Part shown: positions 54,053 to 61,958 of the stretch, piece by piece
Position numbering within the stretch: position 1 is the stretch's first letter
Layout: each line of letters starts with the position of its first letter
Origin: Bacteroidota bacterium
GTDB taxonomy: Bacteria; Bacteroidota; Bacteroidia; NS11-12g; UBA955
NCBI GenBank assembly: GCA_027490055.1
Contig: JAIXYV010000085.1
Span: 543 to 64,542, forward strand
Length of the DNA stretch: 64,000 bases
Direction of reading: 5' to 3'
Translations under genes and position numbers: made by a program
The notes under the pieces: model-generated
What the model was told of the DNA's origin: nothing
The model's input: only the letters and a program-made list of their open reading frames with translations
The model's database searches: none

Positions 54053-55064
54053 ACACCTCTGTGAAAGTTCGGCATTTCTGAATAAAATGCTTTTTTACTA
54101 TACTACTTCTCAATACCTGATTGGAGTAATACGCCTGATTGCCATTAACAACCTGGCGCTTTGATTTCCAGTATTTCAATCGCAGTATAAAATGTCTGTG
54201 AGCAGCGGCGATAGCTTTAAAATCGCCAGTCTTACCCTGAAATAAAAATCTGTAAGCGGCTATATGATCCAGTATCAATCGCATCATAATTACCCAGAAT
54301 ACTTTGCCTTTAGGCAGATTCTTCAATAGCAAAATTAAACCATTTCTGAAATTGTAATATGTTTTACGCGGATTCGATTTCTGAAGTGTTCCGCCGCCAA
54401 CGTGGTATATTTTGCTTTCCGGACAAACCCAAACCTGGTGTCCGGCATTCTGCAATCTCCAGCACAAATCTATCTCTTCCATGTGCGCAAAGAAATCTTC
54501 ATCCAGTCCGCCTATCTCATGGTACACATCTGCTTTAATTAACAAGGCTGCACCACTGGCCCAGAACACTTGCTGATTGTCGTTATACTGACCGTGATCG
54601 GTTTCTAAACTATCAAAAATCCGGCCCCTGCAAAATGGAAATCCGTATAAATCTATATAGCCACCTGATGCCCCAGCATATTCAAATTCAGTGCGCTTGT
54701 GCTCTGCCAGTAATTTAGGCTGAACAGCTGCAATGGCTGGATTCGACTGTATCAATTCCATCATGGGTTTCAACCACTCAGGATGCACTTCCACATCGCT
54801 GTTAAGAAGCACATAATAATCTGTTTCTATTTGCTTAAGTGCACGGTTATAACCACCGGTAAAACCATAGTTCTGATCTAATACTATGAGTCTGATGGTG
54901 GGATAATGTTCTTTTAAAAATTCAACAGAATCATCAGTAGAGGCATTATCTGCCACCACTATCTCCAGATTCTCGTATTGAGATGCTAAGACAGAAGGTA
55001 AAAAACGCTCCAGAAATCTTCGGGTGTTGTAATTTAAAATGACAACGGATACTTTGTTTCCCAT
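54039..55064 (-). CDS. Family 2 glycosyltransferase
   Basis: Start at the ATG at 55064 (MGNKVSVVILNYNTRRFL). DNASTDDS and LNSDVEV motifs. The ORF track extends to 55133 and would then overlap the upstream gene. Confidence 0.85.
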   Translation of the reverse strand: MGNKVSVVILNYNTRRFLERFLPSVLASQYENLEIVVADNASTDDSVEFLKEHYPTIRLIVLDQNYGFTGGYNRALKQIETDYYVLLNSDVEVHPEWLKPMMELIQSNPAIAAVQPKLLAEHKRTEFEYAGASGGYIDLYGFPFCRGRIFDSLETDHGQYNDNQQVFWASGAALLIKADVYHEIGGLDEDFFAHMEEIDLCWRLQNAGHQVWVCPESKIYHVGGGTLQKSNPRKTYYNFRNGLILLLKNLPKGKVFWVIMMRLILDHIAAYRFLFQGKTGDFKAIAAAHRHFILRLKYWKSKRQVVNGNQAYYSNQVLRSSIVKKHFIQKCRTFTEVFAKS

Positions 55065-55065
55065 A

Positions 55066-55458
55066 TTAGTTGTCTGCTCCCGGTGTGTTTTCAGCCTGAA
55101 TTTCGAAAGGCACAAACACAAACTGTGCACCATGCTCAGTTACCAGAAAAATACAGCATTGTTTCTCCGGATCCTTATAGGCTGATTTAAATTTCTCGAC
55201 GTTTTTAGGCAACACAATCTGCTTCTCGACCAACTCTTCAAGTGTTGTAGCTTGTATTGTAAAATTGGTGCCCAGCTCTTCTTTGTCCAGAATAACTTCT
55301 CCAAGTTTTACTTCAGCCTGATGTGCAATGAAAACAGGGTACTTGCTGAAGCCTTCACTGATGATGTCCTGACTCACTTCTTTAATCGATTCTTTAAAGA
55401 AGTTAAGGTCAAGCCTCAGGGTGTTCAAATAGCTTTTAAGCATGTCTTCTGTCATCAT
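55066..55458 (-). CDS. Hypothetical cytoplasmic protein (130 aa)
   Basis: Clean ORF packed between the helicase-nuclease (12-nt gap) and the GT2 (1-nt gap). No motif recognised. Confidence 0.5.
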   Translation of the reverse strand: MMTEDMLKSYLNTLRLDLNFFKESIKEVSQDIISEGFSKYPVFIAHQAEVKLGEVILDKEELGTNFTIQATTLEELVEKQIVLPKNVEKFKSAYKDPEKQCCIFLVTEHGAQFVFVPFEIQAENTPGADN

Positions 55459-55470
55459 AACGCGGCAAAT

Positions 55471-58400
55471 TTACGACATTCCCTCCTCTTCATCAACACC
55501 ACTGCCAGGCAGTGTTTCGGTGATATGTACTTCTTTCTTTAAGTAGAATTTGACAAAGTTACACCAGTGACAATTGTCTTCGCCACAGCCTTTCTCAAAT
55601 TCATGGGCCTTAATTTTTAGATAAGTGTCTTTGATTTGCTGCTTAACAACCGCAACATCTTCATGACTGATGGTGAAAACTTCTTTGTGGAAATTATCGT
55701 GTTTATCTGGCTCAACAAAGTTCATTTCGCCGCGCTTCATCTGCCAGCTTTTCTCGGTAAAATTATCAATCAGCAAATGGTAAAACACCATCTGACGCCA
55801 GTAATCACCACCATAGGTTTCCTCATAATGCCCTTCTTTTGGCTCGTCTTTAGGTGGTTTACATTTCTTAACTGCAGTCTCGAAATTACCAGTTTTAAAG
55901 TCTATGACATAAGCATCATTGCCATCAAATACGATCTTATCCAGTTTACCTTTGATAGGCACCCCGCCTAGCTCGATATGGGCCATGTTTTTCTCAATAA
56001 CGTATACCGATTCCTGCTCCCATTCGCTTCGGTATTTCTCGTAGTATTTAGTAAGGGTCTGCTTTCCGTGTTCCTTGTGGCGCTTGTAGCCCTGCTCTGT
56101 GAAACTATCGCGGTTCAGATACATCGAATAATCAAAATAGCCAATTACATCCGCAACCGAAGGCATTACCTTGTTCTCGCTGTAATTCTTAAACAACTCT
56201 TCGAGCGCGGCGTGTATAGCAGTTCCAAAACTGGCACTTTCACTTTTGGCGCTTGGCACTCTCAACACATGGTTAAAATAAAAAGTAACAGGGCATTTCA
56301 GATAGGTATTTAAATGCGTGGCTGAGAGGGTATACTTTTCTAAAAGCACATCCAGATAATCGTGATCCAGCAACTCAAACTCAGGTGTTGCTTCGTACTG
56401 ATAATAGTGCATCTCGAAATCGAGAATATCTTCGTCACTGACGATGCCATGCTCTTCTTTCAAGCCTGCTTTTTCTTCCAGTTCGGCAATAAACTGAAGC
56501 TTATTAACCTCCTTCTCCTTCAGATCTTTCTTGTAGTAAGACATATACAGACCCTTCTTGGCTCTCGTCATGCCCACATACATCAATCGGCGTACTTCCT
56601 CTATATCCGATTCCTCCGCTGCGCTGTTCAGTATTTTTCCTAAACCGAAATCTCTGTTATTTCCTCTTTTCTTAATCCATTCAGAATCGATAGAGCGAAT
56701 GATAAATACGTGCTCAAATTCCAATCCTTTACTACCGTGAAGTGTCATCAGATTGACACTATCGGGCACATGTAAAACCTGCATCGCTTCAATCGGAATT
56801 TCAGAGCTCTGATAGAGTTCTACCGTCTCAATAAATTCTTGCAATGTAAGATCTGGTTTTCTGGCAGCTTCTTCTTTTACAAAATCGAAAAAGGTTCTGA
56901 GCATCTGCATTTGCCAGCGCTTGCTATCGGCCTGCATAACATAAGACAGCACGCCGCCTTTAGCGATTAGACGCTCTATTAATTGCGGAACAGTGACATT
57001 GTTGGCTTCTTTAATCCAGTATTCTAAATCGCTGGCTAAACGCTTAATTTCAACTTTAGAACCGTGACCAGCCTGATTGGCAAACATGTCCTGCTGACCA
57101 CCCGATTCTTCACTCAGGAAATCGCGCCATTTAGTGCCCCTTTTGTTTTTAATTTCGACACTAATTTTAGCCAGATCCAGTGGTGCGATATCATAAAAAT
57201 CGTAATTAAGAATTTCAAAAATATAGGCTTCACCAGAATAAGGCTTATTAAGCTCGGCACTGATATATTTCAACATCGTCATCAGTTTCTTGACAAACAA
57301 TTCTGTTAAAATATTGACCTTTCTCTTCGAATTATAGGGAATATCGCTGGTGTTAAAATATTTAATAATATCTTCTACGTGCTTGTGGTTGCGGTATAAA
57401 ACCGCCATTTCTTTATAAGGAACACCTTGTTTATGCAAGGCTTTGATAGCATTGCCCACCGCAACTGTTTCCTGAATCGGATTGGTATAAGACCGGATGA
57501 CAGGCAAATCCGTCACTTTCGAAAACTCAGGATGTTTAGAGAACAAAACTTTATCAATAGTGGCAATTCTCTCTGTGTTGAGCGATATCAAGGCTCTTGA
57601 AGCATCCAGTATTGGCTGGGCAGAACGATAGTTATCCGTCAGTACAGTGGTTGATAAATGCTGCTGGTATTGCGTTCTGAACAAATCGATGTTCTTGACA
57701 TTGGCGCCCTGAAAACGGTAGATACTCTGGTCTTCATCGCCCACCACAAATAAATTGGGGATGTCCCAGTACTCTGCCAGATAATTCACCAGTTCGAGTT
57801 GCGAACCATTGGTATCCTGAAACTCATCTACCAGAAAATACAGGTAGCGCTCCTGGTAATTCAACAGAAAATCTTTGTCTTCTTTAAAGGCTTTCAGAAC
57901 CCACAAAATCATATCAGAAAAATCATACAGTCTGCGCTCTGCCATCTTCTGATTGAACACACCAAAAAGATCTAAAGAAGCTTTTAGACGATCTATTTTT
58001 AGTCGCTCTTCCTTATAATCTTTGTGCTTTATATCACCCTTCTTAAAGTTCTTACCATTAACTTTATAGACAAAATCGCCGCTGTCTTCTTTGTCTTTAA
58101 AAAATCGTTCAGCCTGTTCTTTGAGCACTTCAATTTCGAAATGTTCTTTCTTTAAAATGTCGAACAAATTCTTCAGATCTGAAGCTTCATAATAGATGTC
58201 GCCTTTAAAGCGCTTTAAAGGACTGTCATTAGGCAGTTCGTCGATGATTTCTCGGAGTATCTTTTCAGTATCCAGATCACTTGCCGGCTGAAGATTCTTA
58301 TATCCGAAATAGCTGCTGTTAAACTGTATGATTTCGTTGCAGAGTGAGTGAAAAGTATGAATGTTAACTCTGTAGGCTAAGGGACCAATAAATTGAATCA

Positions 58401-58629
58401 ACCTGTCGCGCATCGCTACCACACCGGCATCGGTATAAGTGAGGCATAAAATCTGCCCCGGATTGGTATCTGTTTCTTTTAAAATATTTGCAATACGTGC
58501 CGCCAGAATCTGGGTCTTTCCGGTACCCGGACCAGCCACTACCATTACCGGACCATCAATCTGGTCTACTGCCTCTTTTTGACGCTTATTTAATTTTGAA
58601 TACAGCGCTTCAAACCCTACCTTAGTCAT
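55471..58629 (-). CDS. UvrD/PcrA-type SF1 helicase fused to a C-terminal Fe-S PD-(D/E)XK (AddB/Cas4-like) nuclease
   Basis: 1052 aa. Helicase motifs AGPGTGKT, VDEFQDT, VGDEDQSIYRFQGA, TDNYRS, TLHGSKGLEFEHVF, YVGMTRAKKGL. Nuclease motifs KLDKIV...VIDFKTG and QMVFY. Cysteines YLKCPVTFYF plus CGEDNCHWC. Confidence 0.85.
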   Translation of the reverse strand: MTKVGFEALYSKLNKRQKEAVDQIDGPVMVVAGPGTGKTQILAARIANILKETDTNPGQILCLTYTDAGVVAMRDRLIQFIGPLAYRVNIHTFHSLCNEIIQFNSSYFGYKNLQPASDLDTEKILREIIDELPNDSPLKRFKGDIYYEASDLKNLFDILKKEHFEIEVLKEQAERFFKDKEDSGDFVYKVNGKNFKKGDIKHKDYKEERLKIDRLKASLDLFGVFNQKMAERRLYDFSDMILWVLKAFKEDKDFLLNYQERYLYFLVDEFQDTNGSQLELVNYLAEYWDIPNLFVVGDEDQSIYRFQGANVKNIDLFRTQYQQHLSTTVLTDNYRSAQPILDASRALISLNTERIATIDKVLFSKHPEFSKVTDLPVIRSYTNPIQETVAVGNAIKALHKQGVPYKEMAVLYRNHKHVEDIIKYFNTSDIPYNSKRKVNILTELFVKKLMTMLKYISAELNKPYSGEAYIFEILNYDFYDIAPLDLAKISVEIKNKRGTKWRDFLSEESGGQQDMFANQAGHGSKVEIKRLASDLEYWIKEANNVTVPQLIERLIAKGGVLSYVMQADSKRWQMQMLRTFFDFVKEEAARKPDLTLQEFIETVELYQSSEIPIEAMQVLHVPDSVNLMTLHGSKGLEFEHVFIIRSIDSEWIKKRGNNRDFGLGKILNSAAEESDIEEVRRLMYVGMTRAKKGLYMSYYKKDLKEKEVNKLQFIAELEEKAGLKEEHGIVSDEDILDFEMHYYQYEATPEFELLDHDYLDVLLEKYTLSATHLNTYLKCPVTFYFNHVLRVPSAKSESASFGTAIHAALEELFKNYSENKVMPSVADVIGYFDYSMYLNRDSFTEQGYKRHKEHGKQTLTKYYEKYRSEWEQESVYVIEKNMAHIELGGVPIKGKLDKIVFDGNDAYVIDFKTGNFETAVKKCKPPKDEPKEGHYEETYGGDYWRQMVFYHLLIDNFTEKSWQMKRGEMNFVEPDKHDNFHKEVFTISHEDVAVVKQQIKDTYLKIKAHEFEKGCGEDNCHWCNFVKFYLKKEVHITETLPGSGVDEEEGMS

Positions 58630-58735
58630 TGTACAATTATAGCGAAATTTACTTTGAAACCGCAGCCAATTTCAGTCTGTGAATATTTTATTTTGAGCAT
58701 GGAACCTGGAACAAAGAATTAGGGTTTAAGATTGC

Positions 58736-58891
58736 TTAGACACGAAGAGATGAAACCACATAGTTTTGATGTTGCTCAGTCGCCATATAACCTTCAAACT
58801 GCGTTTTCTGAAACTGACCTAAGCTGCCTGATTTGCTACTGGTACATACAATACTTGCAATAAATGCAAAAACTAAATTTTTAAAACGCAT
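58736..58891 (-). CDS. Possible small lipoprotein-like ORF (51 aa), not in the ORF track
   Basis: Hand translation gives MRFKNLVFAFIASIVCTSSKSGSLGQFQKTQFEGYMATEQHQNYVVSSLRV, a hydrophobic leader ending in Cys. No other support. Confidence 0.2.
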   Translation of the reverse strand: MRFKNLVFAFIASIVCTSSKSGSLGQFQKTQFEGYMATEQHQNYVVSSLRV

Positions 58892-58899
58892 ATCCCGTT

Positions 58900-59826
58900 A
58901 TGCTCAAGCTTTTTAGGTACATATTTTCGCAGTTCAATAAAATGCTTATGAAATTACATATCCTTTTAAAATCAGTGTTTATCTTGCTGGTAATGCTTAC
59001 TGGCACAAAAGCTTTCGCTCAGACAGATTCATCGAAAGCTAAACTTTTTATCATTACCACCAACGATGGCGGTGAATTTATCGGCGAAATCCTCTCCGAA
59101 GATGCCAAAGATGTTATCATTAAAACCAAGGATAAGGGGGATGTTTCTATTCCAAAATATCAGATTAAATCCCGTAAAGCCCTAGAGTCTGGAGATCTAA
59201 ATGCCAGCGGTCAATATATTCCTGCCGAAGTCTTCTCAACCCGCTATTTTATTACTACTAATGGTTTGCCCATCGAAAAAGGAGAAAGCTATGTACAGTG
59301 GAATTTATGGGGACCAGATTTCGAATTTGGTGTCGCTAAAAATTTTAGTGTTGGGGTTATGACAACCTGGTTGGCCAATCCAATGATTGCCACTGCTAAA
59401 TATAGTATTCCCTTATCTGAAAAAACCAGTTTAGGCGTTGGAACTTTACTTGGTACCACAACCTGGGTGGCACCCTTATATTATGGCATGGCACTCCCCT
59501 TTGCCAGTTTAACCAATGGTGATAGAAAAAGTAATATCAGCTTTACCGCTGGTTATGGAGCAGTATTTTATGAAGGAGAATCTTCTGGCAGAATGCTGCT
59601 ATCTGCAGCGGGCATGACCAAAGTAGGCAAGAAAGTGAGTCTCGTTTTTGACTCTTTTATAGTTCCACCAAAAAATTTCTCTGGCACCACGGCTTTGCTA
59701 ATACCAGGACTTCGAATTCAAACCGCCAGCGATAAAGCTTTTCAATTCGGATTTGCAGGTATTTATGCCGGAGATGAATTTGTGCCAGTCCCTATTCCAT
59801 TTGTTCAATGGTATAAAAAATTATAA
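58900..59826 (+). CDS. Hypothetical secreted/outer-membrane protein
   Basis: 308-aa ORF. The signal peptide MKLHILLKSVFILLVMLTGTKAFAQ begins at the internal ATG at 58948, so the true start is probably 58942 or 58948. C-terminal half is Gly/aromatic-rich and beta-like. Confidence 0.5.
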   Translation: MLKLFRYIFSQFNKMLMKLHILLKSVFILLVMLTGTKAFAQTDSSKAKLFIITTNDGGEFIGEILSEDAKDVIIKTKDKGDVSIPKYQIKSRKALESGDLNASGQYIPAEVFSTRYFITTNGLPIEKGESYVQWNLWGPDFEFGVAKNFSVGVMTTWLANPMIATAKYSIPLSEKTSLGVGTLLGTTTWVAPLYYGMALPFASLTNGDRKSNISFTAGYGAVFYEGESSGRMLLSAAGMTKVGKKVSLVFDSFIVPPKNFSGTTALLIPGLRIQTASDKAFQFGFAGIYAGDEFVPVPIPFVQWYKKL

Positions 59827-59847
59827 ACGTAGTTGATTTCGTTTTAT

Positions 59848-59879
59848 CAAAGGCTGTTCCTTTACCGGAATGGCCTTTG
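59848..59879 (+). terminator. Hairpin after the 58900-59826 gene (no U tract)
   Basis: CAAAGGC..TTCC-TTTACC-GGAA..GCCTTTG interrupted stem. Confidence 0.35.
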
Positions 59880-59926
59880 GCTTATATGCACTTGAATAAC
59901 TTAAGGAAAATCTGTATCATTGAATC

Positions 59927-61207
59927 ATGAACAGAAAGACTTTCTGGATCCTGATATCTGCACTGCATGCTTTGTTTTTTATGAAACAAATACTCGTGCA
60001 CAACAGCCTCATTCAAGACAGTGTCGAATATCTGTTTGCCGCGGATAACCTTATGCAGAAAGGCACTCTGTACGCCTGGAATTCCAACTTCGCCTTTAAC
60101 GCCGACTGGCTCACAAAGAGACCTTTCCTCTATCCTGCAATTCTGGTAGTTTTTAAATGGCTTAGCTTTGGAAATACCTGGTTATTCTTCTTTCTTACCT
60201 ACCTCGTCCAAAATCTTTTGAGCTTAAACGCCATCAGACTCTGCCTCAAAATAGCAGAAAAATATCAGGCGGCCTTTAAATGGTGGCAGGCTCTACTTTT
60301 TATTGGTCTCTCTACTTCACAAATGATATACGCTAACCTGGTGATGAGCGAAATCTGGCTGCAATCCTGCTTGCTGGGTATCGTCTATCTTTTGCTGATG
60401 AAACCATTTAACTCGCAAAATTTCTTCTATATTTCATTATTGCTGATTGCTGGTCTCTCTATCAAGCCTGTCTTGTTATTTGCCTCTGCGCTATTGCCCC
60501 TTATTTATATAGTCGTTCGTCGCAAACACCTTAGTGTTTTACAAACCATTATCAGCTGCTTGCCATTGCTGTATTATTTTGCTATTTGTGGCATCAACGA
60601 GCGCCGAACAGGACACTTTCAATACTCTTCTATCACTACCATCAATTTACTGCATTACAACACGTACGTGACTTTGATGAGTGAATATGGGACCGTTAAA
60701 GCTGACTCTATAATTGATGCCATAAAAATTGAAACAAGAGGCTTGTCTTACCACGATAAGCAAGTGTATCTTGAAACCGCCTCCAAAAAACTTCTGAGCG
60801 AGCATCTCCCTAAATATGCCTGGTTGCACAGTCGGGGTATTGCCTTAGCCCTCATCGATCCGGGGCGCTTTGACTATACGCAGTTTTTCAACTTGCCACA
60901 CCGTACCAATCTCATATATCAAACGAATCAGAAAGGTATGCTTGGCACTATCATTCAATCTTTCTTAAATCCGCTTGGCGTCTGGTTAATATTTCTGATG
61001 CTTTTTAATGGTTTTAGAGTCTTGAAAGGCTTTCAGTTTCTCTTGTCAAAACATGTAAGCTGGCAAGTGCGTTTCATTATTCTTGCCTTCCCTGTGTACA
61101 TACTGATTTTTACCGGTCCTATTGGTACCAGCCGTTTCTTTATGCCATTGATTCCTCTAGCCTTTATAATGTTCTTGTTGAGCGGAAAACAACGTCAATC
61201 TGAATGA
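59927..61207 (+). CDS. Polytopic membrane protein, possibly a GT-C-fold glycosyltransferase (ArnT/PMT-like)
   Basis: 426 aa with at least 10 hydrophobic helices. Acidic first-loop segment QDSVEYLFAADN. Adjacent to the EPS genes. Assignment tentative. Confidence 0.45.
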   Translation: MNRKTFWILISALHALFFMKQILVHNSLIQDSVEYLFAADNLMQKGTLYAWNSNFAFNADWLTKRPFLYPAILVVFKWLSFGNTWLFFFLTYLVQNLLSLNAIRLCLKIAEKYQAAFKWWQALLFIGLSTSQMIYANLVMSEIWLQSCLLGIVYLLLMKPFNSQNFFYISLLLIAGLSIKPVLLFASALLPLIYIVVRRKHLSVLQTIISCLPLLYYFAICGINERRTGHFQYSSITTINLLHYNTYVTLMSEYGTVKADSIIDAIKIETRGLSYHDKQVYLETASKKLLSEHLPKYAWLHSRGIALALIDPGRFDYTQFFNLPHRTNLIYQTNQKGMLGTIIQSFLNPLGVWLIFLMLFNGFRVLKGFQFLLSKHVSWQVRFIILAFPVYILIFTGPIGTSRFFMPLIPLAFIMFLLSGKQRQSE

Positions 61208-61211
61208 TTGA

Positions 61212-61955
61212 CTATTCAGCTAATACGCCAGTATTTTCTACTTTAGAAAAATCAATACTGCTGAACAATTTAGAACCGTATACTTCCTGTATAATGTCTA
61301 AATGCTCTGTGCTATGCGCATCTGTTCCAAAATAGCTGTAATGCCCGTTTTTAATCAGCCATTGAGCCAGCTTCTTAGCATTTGGTGAATAATAGCCGCC
61401 TAAAGACAATAGATTGATCTGCAACTTAACGCCTGATTGTACAAGATCTTCTACTTCGCTGTAGTTTTCCTGCAAATAGATATATCGCTCAGGATGCGCC
61501 AAAACAGGCATGTAGCCTTTCGTCCGAATATCAAATAAAACCTGCTTAAAGAAAACAGGACGGTTCATAAACGAAGTTTCTACCAACACATGCTTACCAT
61601 TGAAACATAAAATATCGCCGCCTTCCTTCACTTTTTCCAGAAAAAACTCGTCCATATAATACTCGGCGGCGCTGCCTAATTCTAAAGGCATATCACGTTC
61701 TTTTAAAGCTAAATTTAAGAGTCGCATTTTCTCTTCTATTATCTCGCGGTTATTTGGATAATAGTCGCCCATTATATGAGGTGTAGCAATAATCTTTGAA
61801 TACCCGTTTCTAATAAAACGCTCAGCCATTAGCAGCGAATAATCCAGACTTTTAGAACCGTCATCAATACCGAACAGAATATGATTGTGCATATCCCAGC
61901 TCATTGGCTGCTCTTCCTTTGGTTTGGATTTAAAAAGTCCGCTGAATAAGCCCAT
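61212..61955 (-). CDS. PHP-family protein-tyrosine phosphatase (CpsB/YwqE type)
   Basis: 247 aa. HNHILFGIDDG, IIATPHI, LAHPERY and GTDAH metal-binding motifs. Directly downstream of the BY-kinase. Confidence 0.8.
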   Translation of the reverse strand: MGLFSGLFKSKPKEEQPMSWDMHNHILFGIDDGSKSLDYSLLMAERFIRNGYSKIIATPHIMGDYYPNNREIIEEKMRLLNLALKERDMPLELGSAAEYYMDEFFLEKVKEGGDILCFNGKHVLVETSFMNRPVFFKQVLFDIRTKGYMPVLAHPERYIYLQENYSEVEDLVQSGVKLQINLLSLGGYYSPNAKKLAQWLIKNGHYSYFGTDAHSTEHLDIIQEVYGSKLFSSIDFSKVENTGVLAE

Positions 61956-61958
61956 GTC

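Noticed and set aside
53345-58629. SIR2-domain protein plus helicase-nuclease as an anti-phage defence module (DSR/Thoeris/SIR2-HerA-like).
   Set aside because: The SIR2 protein is a 235-aa canonical sirtuin with deacylase motifs and no extra effector or sensor domains. The helicase belongs to the repair-type UvrD/AddA lineage. A GT2 gene separates them. No mobile-element or island signatures are present.
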